Below are positions 38,296 through 48,526 of a stretch of 64,000 nucleotides of DNA, piece after piece. The stretch is from Vicugna vicugna (Eukaryota), in assembly GCA_013265495.1 (NCBI GenBank), contig MU060092.1, positions 2,046,001 through 2,110,000 of the forward strand, read 5' to 3'. A model generated the notes under the pieces. That model did no database searches, had not been told where the DNA came from, and saw only the letters and a list, made by a program, of their open reading frames with translations. How positions within the stretch are numbered: the stretch's first letter is position 1; every line of letters begins with the position of its first letter. A program made the position numbers and the translations under genes.

Positions 38296-41158
38296 TCTAG
38301 GATACATTTCATCTGGAACCTTTTGTTTTCTTTACAATTTTCTNNNNNNNNNNNNNNNNNNNNNNNNNNNNNNNNNNNNNNNNNNNNNNNNNNNNNNNNN
38401 NNNNNNNNNNNNNNNNNNNNNNNNNNNNNNNNNNNNNNNNNNNNNNNNNNNNNNNNNNNNNNNNNNNNNNNNNNNNNNNNNNNNNNNNNNNNNNNNNNNN
38501 NNNNNNNNNNNNNNNNNNNNNNNNNNNNNNNNNNNNNNNNATAATCAACCAGTTTTAAAGCCTATTTTTAAACTAGTAATTATAATGCTATAGCACTGTT
38601 TTTTTCCTACTTTGTATCCTGTTCTGTACTGTGAATCAACTAATAATTGCAAGTGTCCAAAAAAAAAAAAAAGCCACAAGGTTGTAGCAAGATTCTTCCA
38701 ACATACTGTTTTAAAAAAAATTCATTAGCAAACTGAAACCTACTTAACAAATTGCACTTTGCCATGTTTATGAAACTAGAAGATGTGTACAAAGCACTTT
38801 TGCAAACTGTAATGCTCTCATGGAAAATACTTTTTTAATCTGTTTTGACTAGAAAGGCTGCTGACTGGGATAGAAAATCAGGGACAGAAGGCTCCGCGAA
38901 GCCTTGTTCTTCTTTTTTTGTTTTTGGGGAGGGGGAGTTCATAAATCGTTGGGTGCGGCACAAAGATTGCAGTGACATACGACTATTTTTCTTAAACGAG
39001 AATAAAGACCAAGGGGGGCACAGGAGTAGACCAGTACTTTACACCAGACTGAGAAGAGTGAAGCCGTCTGTCTCCCAACTAGGAACAAGGAATGAGAGAA
39101 GTTAGTTTTTCCCCCACTTCAGACCAGCTCTTCTGTGCAGAGCTTTATTAGTTGAAATATAGTCCATATTGAAAACAGTATTACAAATCCCAACATAAAT
39201 GGTCCAGGAATGATGTCCTTTCTTTAGTTTAGAAAGATTGTCAAAAAGCCTAATTATAAACATAGGAACAACACACCTGAACCACAGTAACACTCTCCTG
39301 CCTCTAAATAAAAAGCATTATCCATAACAACTATTTGGGGTATTCTGGGGAATATGGGAAGTTAAGCAAAGGATTAAGAAGTATGGTAACAAAAATAATC
39401 CCAGTGAGGGCTTCCTTCTTGTCAGCTAGAATGCAAAATAGACACAAGAGCAACTTCCTTCCATGAGTCACCTTAATGGAACTAGACAGTCCCTTGCAGT
39501 CAGACCCAGCAATGAAGGGCTGCAGAAACCTGGTCATCTATCTGTACCAAGACTCAGGTGACCAAAAGAAAGCATCTTCCATCATCTAAATGATGAGCGG
39601 ATTGACGAGAGCGGATGAGCCAGGGTTTGCTAACAGAATTGAGCAAGTCAGGCATGCTGGGGAGGCTGCAATGAGGGGCTGTGGAGCCTCCTTCCCTAAA
39701 GTTTCTGAGCAGACTCCCCGTGGCTCTCCGGGAGCAGGTCTTAGCACGGGAATGGGTTAAATGGCCTTGCAACTTCTCTTCTGGCCCTCGGATGCTCTTA
39801 ACGCTTTTCTTCCTTCTTTCCCCAAGAGAATATTCAGGCCAACTTTTTTTTTTCTTTTTTCTGCATCATTGGGCATCATAAACTAGCAATTTGGAATATT
39901 CCTAATCTCACTGAGTATCTCATGTTAGTAATGATACCTTGAAGAAGAAGAATATAGAAATTAAGTGCCATTTACACGAGTCAAACAAGCCCATGTCATA
40001 CTTTGAGGATTCCACATTAATAAAACTTAGCTATGATATGTAAAGAACTATTTTTGCCAAGGTTTAACTACTGAACTTTAAACCAATTTCAGTATTCCAT
40101 GTAAAGTTCATTTATATTGAAGTAACATGCCTTCAAGTTTTCTACATACAACAATAAAGTAAGATTTTTTTTAATTTACATATATTTTAAACCAATTCAC
40201 TCCTTTACAATCACACCCTCAGTCCAACATTTAAACTATAAACCCAAACTGTCAAATGAGAACAACAGTGGACCAACTGACAGTATCACTTAAGTGAAAA
40301 AATAATGCAAGAAAAGGTCAGCGTTAAAACTTAGAAAATAAACATAAACAGGTTCATTGGAAATCTGCTCATGCCTGGTGTGTTCAGAAATGAACCTCAC
40401 ACAGAACAGATCCCACTGTGATATTAGACAACTCATTCCTTTCTCGTTCTCTCATTCCACGATGCATGTCTCACTGAGGTTTATATAGTGATTAGTTACC
40501 CTAACGGCAGACATGAATATTAAATACACAGCCTATTCCAGAAATGGCATATGCTCCCAACAATTGTTTTGCGCACTCCCTGAATTATAAAATAGTTCAA
40601 TCTTTTAGGATCATAAAAATGAAAGGGCTTAGATCTATTCACATACATTGTGCATTAAATGTTAGTAGGTTAAGACAGTAAGGTGAAAAAAAGGAGTAGA
40701 AGGGTACAAGTAAATTTTCTTTAAACAATTCCAATACATTAGATAGTATTGTTAATGACATGTATTTATTTTAACTAGGTTATGAAAAAAATTACTACAA
40801 TTTGCATCGATTTCTTGGAGAAGCTAATAATAAAACATTAACTATACATATTTATTTGTATATTTATTTGAAGACTCTTTGGTAGCAATTGTGTTTCTTC
40901 CACATTATAGGATTTTTTCAAAGTAAATGGCAAAATTAACTTACTAATCAGCCTATGAAAGATAAATCATGGTATTATTCATTTGGTTTTCCTATAAAAT
41001 GTACTTGAACCTGACTATTAACCTTGCACTAATCATGCACTTAACACAGTATCTGTTTAACTTACGTACATATAAAATGAGAGACTAATACCAGAAAGAA
41101 ATTAGACAGTAATGAGAATCAATGACAAAACATAACAATGACAACTGTTCTTAAGTAA

Positions 41159-41164
41159 TTTATT
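41159..41164 (-). terminator. Proximal polyadenylation signal AATAAA
   Basis: tttatt on + strand, ~475 nt after the stop codon; U/GU-rich sequence follows on the minus strand. Confidence 0.65.
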
Positions 41165-41636
41165 TTTAAATTATAAGATTTACAGTGTTTTGATTATGCA
41201 AAATAGCATAATGAAAATTAAACCAAATCAATAAACCAAAAGAGAAAGAAAACTTAGTTTTCTCAAATACGAGTACTTAAACCGTCATTGTAATAAGTTA
41301 TCTGATGTTCCAATCACGTCTTATGTAGACATAAGTACAATCATTTCAAACATTTCGCTTGTGGGTTTAACTTCTCATTTTCAACTTTCATGAACTGCAA
41401 TGTCATTTATTTCAAATCCTATTGTACCTAGTGTTTGTACTGCAACAGCAGCAAATCTCAATGTGCAATCAAATGTGGAACTGGGCACAGCTTTTAGCCG
41501 CAGACAGAAATTACACACTGCATTCAGTACAGCAGAGTACGTTCTATTAACCAGAGCGTAGAGTTTAGTACACTTATTGCAGGGCTGGTATTTCTTTTCC
41601 TTTGACCAGAACCAGCTGAGCTTCTGAGCTGACATA

Positions 41637-41811
41637 TTACTGCTGTGGATAGTAAGACTGCTGTGGGGGCTGAGGGAAGGGGTATGAAGGCTGCTGGGGT
41701 CCCGGGTACGGAGCCTGTCCGGGGGTCTGGTGATACACGGGTGGATATGGCATATTATACTGGCCGTATGCGTAAGGATTATAGCCCATGGGCATGGGCA
41801 TTTGGCAATAC
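41637..41811 (-). CDS. PDCD6IP: ALIX exon 18, coding part: (G)YCQMPMPMGYNPYAYGQYNMPYPPVYHQTPGQAPYPGPQQPSYPFPQPPQQSYYPQQ*
   Basis: Overlaps ORF 41637-41837. Acceptor cttcctatcag|G, stop TAA at 41639-41637; the C-terminus matches ALIX. Confidence 0.98.
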
Positions 41812-42326
41812 CTGATAGGAAGAAGAACACAAAACACTGGATTGGTAAATCAAGTACTAGAAAATAAAACATAATTATTCTAAAATGAAGTTTTCCTCTA
41901 GAAAGCCATTTTTCTCTATTTCTCAGTCTACTGAAGAACAGTGGAGAGAAAAAGCAGCTGTATCAAGGTACTTGCTAGAGAAATGTGCTCTATCCTGTTA
42001 TTAACTGAAATGGAAGAAAACCAAGTGTTTAATACTACCCCAAAAATAAGATTGTTGAAGGAAGTAAGACTAAATATTCAACTATAAACAAGGAATAAAA
42101 ACAGAGACCCCTCATTTTAACGTGGCAACCTAAGAACATTTCTGTTTCACAAAATTCAATGTACACTGTAATGCTCATAAATTTACTGTTCACAAAATTT
42201 TAGTATTTGGAAGAGATAATATACTAAGTACAGTTTGGAAGACATCTCAAAAGGTAGTTAAATTCTGGATTTTTAAGATTAAAAAAATTATCCCAAAGAA
42301 AGATGATTTTTAAGAAAGTACATGCA

Positions 42327-42502
42327 GGGGGAGGATATAGCTCAGTGGTAGAGTGTGTGTTTAGCATGCATGAGGTCCTGGGTTCAATCCCTGGTACCTC
42401 CATAAAAAAATTAATAATAATAAAATCAACAAGCAAACTTTTAATAAATAAACCTAATCCCTTCCGAAAAAAAAAATAATTTTTAAAACTTAAAAAAAAA
42501 AA
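42327..42502 (+). mobile_element. tRNA-Ala-derived camelid SINE in PDCD6IP intron 17 (antisense to the gene)
   Basis: ggggaggatatagctcagtggtagagtgtgtgtttagcatgcatgaggtcctgggttcaatccctggtacctcc head and A-rich tail; TSD aagaaagtacatgca / aaaaaagcacatgca. Confidence 0.93.
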
Positions 42503-42881
42503 GCACATGCATAATTTGATAGATTTCTATTCAACAGTTGATCAGAATGCCAAGACTTCAAAGCATAGGTATATAAGTAAGACCTTATCAATCTTGCTAT
42601 GCTAAGCTCAGAAAAAGCAGCCATCGGTTTATCACACCTAAGTAAAGAGAACCAGGGAAACATATTCTGAATTCCATACAGTAAAGATGGCATTTAATAT
42701 AAACCCCATATGTAAGAACTAAAGACATATTAAGTAAGCCTGGGAAATGGCTATTCAACTACTCAAATAAAGTGACTATAACATTATTTAACGCATATTT
42801 CCTTGTGAGCTGACAATGAAGCTTATTCATTTATGATACCTCCATTCAGAGAAGGGATGACTTTGTTTTTAAAAGATTAAC

Positions 42882-43440
42882 TAAGCAGCACTATTTACAA
42901 TAGCCAAGGCATGGGAGCAAACTAAATGGCCATAGACAGATGAATGGATGAAGAAGTTGTGGTATATATACACAATGTGATACTACGCAGTTATTAAAAA
43001 AAGTGAAATAATGCCATTTGCAGCAACATGGATAGACCTGGAGATCATCATACTAAATGAAGTAAGCCAGAGAGAGAAAGAAAAATACCGTATGATATTA
43101 CTTGTATGTGGAATCTTAAAAAAATGACACAAATGAACTTATTTAGAAAACAGAAACAGACTTACAAAGAAAACAAACTTACGGTTACCAAGGCGGGGCA
43201 GGGGTGGAGAGGGATAAATTCAGAGTTCAGGATTTGCAGATACTAACTACTATACATAAAACAGATAAACAACAAGGTCCTACTGTATAGCACAGGGAAC
43301 TATATTTAATACCTTGTAATGGCCTATGATGAAAAGAATATGAAAAGGAATATATTTATATATATATGCATAAATGAATCACTATGCTGTATATCAGAAA
43401 TTAAGACAACATTGTAAATTGACTACACTTTAAAAAAAAT
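42882..43440 (+). mobile_element. Camelid-type L1 3' end in intron 17, ending ~60 nt from the exon 17 donor
   Basis: gcagcactatttacaatagccaag..atgccatttgcagcaacatggatagacctggag...acaacattgtaaattgactacactttaaaaaaa. Confidence 0.93.
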
Positions 43441-43498
43441 TTAACCAGAGCTAGAAATATTAGCTAATTCATTGGGATGTACAAAGTTTCAGCCTTAC

Positions 43499-43701
43499 CC
43501 GGGATACCCTGGATAGGTGGGGTATGGGGGTCCCTGGGCCTGTGGAGGGGGAGCTGAACCAGGAGTCTGCGATGGAGCTGGTGCAGTGGTGCCGGTGCCC
43601 GCTGGAGCTGGAGCTGGAGCTGGAGCTGGAGCAGTAGCAGGAGTTCGATTTGCTGGAAGCACAGGAGGTGGAGGCCGGGCTGGGGGCTGGGGCTTAGTAG
43701 G
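43499..43701 (-). CDS. PDCD6IP: ALIX exon 17 (203 nt): PTKPQPPARPPPPVLPANRTPATAPAPAPAPAPAGTGTTAPAPSQTPGSAPPPQAQGPPYPTYPGYP(G); endophilin, CEP55 (GPPY, 43522-43533) and ALG-2 binding region
   Basis: Overlaps ORF 43495-43758. Acceptor ttttcttacag|CCT, donor CCCGG|gtaagg; 15 nt longer than the recalled human exon (188 nt). Confidence 0.98.
43601..43632 (-). repeat. Coding hexanucleotide repeat (GCTCCA)5 encoding (Ala-Pro)5
   Basis: Five perfect gctgga units on + strand (43601-43630) inside exon 17. Confidence 0.97.
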
Positions 43702-44034
43702 CTGTAAGAAAAAGTCAGCACTGACTACAAGATGTATCATGTTTCTGTCAATTATCAATTAAAATAAATGAGGGCATATGAGAAACTCTAGAATCCAACC
43801 AAATATATTTCTAATTCCCATTGTTAAGTGTGGGCTTATCACTCTACAAATGTAGCTGAAAAATAATTCTCCAATTTGTGGATATTCCACAGCCACTGTT
43901 CTCTTCCTCATGGCTAACAGTTAATCATTTACTGCTCATTCCTGCGCCCATCAATGGTCAGACATTTGAGGTGGGAGGAAGGAGTGGGCCAGGTACAGTT
44001 TATTACTGTAATCTCCCCTTGGCACTGTGAGCTT

Positions 44035-44745
44035 TCACAGGAAAAATTTCAAACACCAGAAAACTTAAAAGAATACTACCATAAATAATCACCTATTTAC
44101 CAATTCATTAATTACTAACATTTGGCCATATCTGATTTATCTTTAGCTATATCCATATATTTATCTATCTATATGTTTGCAGAACCATTTGAAAGTTAAA
44201 TTGCAAACTTCAGAACACCAGCCCTAAAGATTTCAGCATACAATTCCTAATATTATCCTACATAATCACAATACCATTTCACCCTGAGAAAATGAGTAAT
44301 TACTCCCTAACATTGAGTATTCACTCCGCATTCAAGTTTCTCTATTTATCAAAAAAAAGCTCTTCTAGGTGTTTTTTATGAACCAAGATCCAATTGAGGT
44401 TCATGGGTTGCATCTGATTATTACGAATCTTTCCTCTTTTAATCTAGACAATGCCCCTGACTTTTTTTTTTTCTATGACATTCACTTTTAGAAAAGACCA
44501 AGCTGGGTGTCTTACAGAATGTCCCAGTTATTGACTGTCCAAGCATTTTCTAATGGCAAGATTTAACTTCTTGTTTTATCAATGTATTTGCTACAAAGTG
44601 AAAGTCGGTTCTAAAGACTTGATTAGATTCAAGTGAAACATTTTGGGACTAGAATTCATGAGAGATGCTGTATTCTTCACACTGCAAAGCATCAGAAGGT
44701 TGGTCCTGATGAAAGTGGTGATCAGTATCTCTCTATAACATAAAG
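44035..44745 (-). mobile_element. Old L1MC/ME-type 3' end in intron 16
   Basis: ttgcagaaccatttgaaagttaaattgcaaac...cctacataatcacaatacc...gaaccaagatccaattgaggttcatgggttgcat...gacttgattagattcaag. Confidence 0.72.
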
Positions 44746-44817
44746 TCTGTTTTATCCTTTACAGCAAGCAAGCTGTAACATAAAACTTCCCTTTTAAAAA
44801 TGTGGTTGCTTACTGAC

Positions 44818-44941
44818 CGGCATGGTTCTTGGCGCTGGAGTTGGAGGAGTGGGAGCATGTCCCCCTGCTGGAGAGGACTGATATGCAGGTGTAGGAATTG
44901 AAGGAGCACTAGGTTCTCTGGCAATGCTTTGTTGCAAGTCC
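44818..44941 (-). CDS. PDCD6IP: ALIX exon 16 (124 nt): (K)DLQQSIAREPSAPSIPTPAYQSSPAGGHAPTPPTPAPRTMP; PSAP (TSG101 site, 44902-44913) and PTPAPR (CIN85 site)
   Basis: Translated by hand. Acceptor tctttgataag|G, donor CCG|gtcagt; phase 2 in, phase 0 out. Confidence 0.97.
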
Positions 44942-45286
44942 CTTATCAAAGACAGAAGTGTTAGAAATTAACACAATTTTGAAAACCAAGACATACAAAA
45001 CACCAGATTGTTTTCTTTCTTTTCTTCATATATGAAACACAGAAAATTGACTCTAAACAGTGACGGTATTTTAAAATATAGTACATTTTTGTTCTTGACT
45101 AGAACTAACTGAAATCTTCTTTCCTCCTACTATTGAATAAAGTTAGTTCTTATTCTATTTCTGAAGAATAGGTAAACTTTTTCAGACATCAGTCACAGCT
45201 AGAGTAAGTAGCATGTCAAACTAGGCAAGCCATCCTAAGAGACTGCCCTCTCTCTAACAAGAGGTCATCCCCTAGAGGAGAAACTC

Positions 45287-45376
45287 TTTTTTCTTTTAAC
45301 GGAGCTACTAGGGATTGAACCCAGGACCTCGTGCATGCTAAGCATGTGCTCTACCACCGAGCTATTTCCCTCCTCC
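45287..45376 (-). mobile_element. Short tRNA-Ala-derived SINE (head plus short A tail) in intron 15 (sense to the gene)
   Basis: gggattgaacccaggacctcgtgcatgctaagcatgtgctctaccaccgagctatttccc; 15-bp TSD ctagaggagaaactc (45272-45286) / ctagttgagaaactc (45377-45391). Confidence 0.93.
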
Positions 45377-47289
45377 CTAGTTGAGAAACTCCTAAATGAT
45401 CATCTAAAAATTATCAGAAAACTACAACTGTTCATAGTCACCTAGCTAATATTTTAATCACTGTATCATACCAGTGTTTACAGAAGACAAAACAACAGTG
45501 AGAAAGTGAACCCATTCAAACCATGGTGCAAATTTCTTGATGAAAACTTTCTGAATATATTCAAAATGTGACACTGAAATATTTTACGTTAAAAGATACC
45601 TGATAATCTATTAAAGTAAATTCATTAAAGATAGATTCTTAAAAGGACGATTAAATTATAGTATTAACATTTTTTAATACGTTAAAGTCTCCTCTAACAG
45701 TAAACCGGAATGCACCCCCAAATCTCACTAATCAAAGCTCTAAAGTCAAATGCACTCTGTGAAATACTTGGTATCAACCAGCTTCTTACTGTACCGATGC
45801 ACACACAGTAAACATGACATGACCCACAGTGTCTGCAACAGCACCTGCTGTCCTGATATAACAATTAACAGCAATTTCCAGAGTCCCCCAGACCACACTT
45901 ACACTCTCAAAAAGAATCTCAGTTGGAAGTTAAATTAGACATTGGACATACAAAGAAAACTAACACACATTCATCAAGAAATCAAAAGTACCAGTTAACG
46001 TTGGTAAATTTGTAATAAATCCTCACAATATAAACTGTAAGTTTTTATCAATATAAAAATTTTAAATGGTTAGATTTTGAAACATCTAATATATGTATCA
46101 TCTCATATATAGTAAAATACTTATATTTATTATTTAAAATATTTGTTTATAATTACTTATATAATTTAAGTTATTTAATTAGATATTCAATATTTAATCA
46201 CAAACATAATATCTAACATGTATAATTATATTATAAAGCATATAAAACATAATACTTTGATAAACTCCAGAGATGGCTGGAGTAAATAACACACTTATAG
46301 GACAAATGAGAATTTCCTACCCACTTGCTAATTATATAAATCAAAGCTATTAAATTACAGATCCATTTTTATGTTTCACAAACTGGGGTTCTCTGCAAGA
46401 TTGAGTTTGAACAAAGGGTTCCACAGCTCCCCTCCCCAAAAAGGAAAAATGCTGGGGTACACAATCTGAAAAATAAAATTACAGACTACTTGGTTGTGAC
46501 TATAAAAGATAAAATCCCTTTAATTATTTAGATTAATGTAATTTTCTGAAAATATATTCACTTGATTCAAAAACTAAACAGTGACAGACCACTACCTACA
46601 GATTCTCACTCCACCATTCACTCCCACAGACAACTATTATTCTTTACTTCTTAAGAACCTGTTCAGAACTTCCTTATCAGAAATAAACCAACACAAACGT
46701 GTATTTTTATCTTCTCCTTTTTCACAAACACATTAGAAGGATGCTATACCATGACAGGAAGAGACTGGAGAATATCAATGGCAAGTATTTTATTTAGGAC
46801 TTTCACATCCACATTCATAAATGAAGCTGGTCTGAAGACTTTTGTTTTAATTAACTCTGTCAGACTTTCTTATCAGTAAGACTAATCTGGAGGGGTTTTT
46901 ATTTAAATCTCTAGAACCATTTAAAAGGCATTCTTATGATTTGCCTTTTAAAGGTTTAAAAGGAAGACTGAAAACAACCCGTCCTGCTCTTTACTGGGGG
47001 CAGGAGGAGGTAACTCGTAACTTCTGCTTCTATGGAAAACAGGTTCACTGCGGACAGAGAGAACAACAGTCAGGTCATCTGAAGGGCTCAAGAAAGGCCC
47101 ATGAGCGTAACCGTCTCTGGGTTCTGCATGTTCACCAGAATGAACACGTGACTCTGTATGCACCTGAAGGGCAGTGTGCACATAAACCCTTTGGCTCACA
47201 TCTTGGCGCACATTCCTTGAGTTCCAACAGCAATCACCCCACCCTCTGCTGGCATGCAGTGCTGCCTACCGACATTTTTTCACCTTTTT

Positions 47290-47900
47290 ATAAACTGGCT
47301 TCATCTTTTTGCCTGACTGCCTAAAGGATTCTGCCTTATCTTTTAAGGCTAATACTTTACATGCCTTGGTGTTGACAGTTCTTGTTCATCTTTCCTGAAC
47401 AAACGATATATACCCTTTCAACAAGCTTTCACTTATTTTATGGAAATGTTCTTGAATAATATCATTAAAAGTTTGTTCTGTCTGCTGTTTTGATTTTTCT
47501 TCGAAGGGAATTCAATTTTATATGTATTGGATCTTCTTTGCCCACCTTCTCTAATCCTTTTTAGCTCTTTCTTTGCTTTGGTTTCCTTTTCTTTGATTAC
47601 TTATTCTCCACTCTGAGCTCCTGTGTTCTCCTCACTGTCTGTTCTCCTCTTTGTTCCTTCCTGTTTCATCCTGTACCTGTGATGCCTTTGTTCTTCTCTT
47701 CTGCTTGTTTCCTGAATCCTGACACCTCATGTCTTATCCCCTCCTGTTTTCTTATCACTTTCCTTGAGTTCTGGCATTATTTTGTGTTGTTCCTTAAACT
47801 GCCTGCTTCATAAGCTTTTTCTTTAATTCATGGTAAAACTTTCATCTGTTCTGTGACACTATTATTTCAGTGAATGTTCTCCATCTATTAAGTTTTGTAA
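47290..47900 (-). mobile_element. HAL1/L1ME-type ORF1 relic
   Basis: cttggtgttgacagttcttg..tttcctg..ccctttcaa...gttcttgaataatatc..tttgttctg..tgtattggatcttctttgccc. Confidence 0.6.
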
Positions 47901-48431
47901 AACTGTGTTTTCTTTTTCCCTTAATGAACACTGTATCTTCATTCCGATATGCGTCAGCTTTCTGTTGACTGAGTACTCAGCACCATGCTGGTCCTATGTT
48001 ACTTGTCCGCTTCCTCAGTAGGCTCCTCCAGAAAGTGATTTTGCTGACATTTCCTGAGCTGTCGCCCCGTCTCCCTCATGTTCTACAGCTCTAGTTTCCT
48101 ATGAGGAACATATTTGCAACTTTGAGGTAAACTGCTTATGCTTATCTGCATTTCCTGAGCTCTGTTGCCCTGTTCTGCCATCATTTCCGTGACATTGCCA
48201 TACTCCTACACCCAGAGTTTCTGCTCCTTCTCATCCTTCTGTTCTCAGACCACCCAGTTGTTTGCTTGCTGCTTTGTAAAACACCACGGAGGGAAGGAAG
48301 GAGATTGCTATCTCACTTTGCCAACTCACTGCAGAAGTCTCCACATAGGATTTTTTAAAAAGAGGTAGCAGAAATGATTTCTTAAAAGAAGAATACTTCA
48401 AAATACAATCTGATACATAAAACAAACTTAC

Positions 48432-48526
48432 TTTAAGAGTTCATCTCTTTCTGTCTTCCGTGCAAACACTATATCGCTGCATTTGTTTTGGAACCTGACG
48501 AGTATTTCAGTCAGCTCATTGTAAAA
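48432..48526 (-). CDS. PDCD6IP: ALIX exon 15 (95 nt): [31 protein letters not shown](K); begins with the F676-equivalent residue of the LYPXnL-binding pocket
   Basis: Translated by hand. Acceptor ctttgctcatag|TTT, donor TTAAA|gtaagt; phase 0 in, phase 2 out. Confidence 0.98.

Larger units (their letters stand above)
38270..41636 (-). other. PDCD6IP: PDCD6IP 3'UTR, long form ~3.3 kb; contains N gap 38344-38540
   Basis: AT-rich sequence with no repeats that I could recognise, running from the stop codon to the distal AATAAA. The end coordinate is inferred from the signal position. Confidence 0.75.

Noticed and set aside
39590-39708. C/D-box snoRNA-like motifs (ATGATGA ... CTGA) on the + strand
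   Set aside because: They are antisense to a 3'UTR rather than intronic in a host gene, with no terminal stem and no recognisable rRNA/snRNA guide; short motifs like these arise by chance.
41381-41872. 163-aa minus-strand ORF overlapping exon 18
   Set aside because: It is an alternative frame of the Pro/Tyr/Gln-rich last exon, starting in the intron and running into the UTR; there is no independent support.
42327-42401. Apparent tRNA-Ala(AGC) genes (also 11696, 22372, 45301, 63383)
   Set aside because: They have A-rich tails, TSDs in four of five copies, disrupted stems and multiple diverged copies, so they are SINE heads rather than tRNA genes.
43464-43762. Alternative-frame and antisense ORFs over exon 17 (LQLQLQ, GAGAGA)
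   Set aside because: They are shadows of the GC-rich coding exon and its hexamer repeat.
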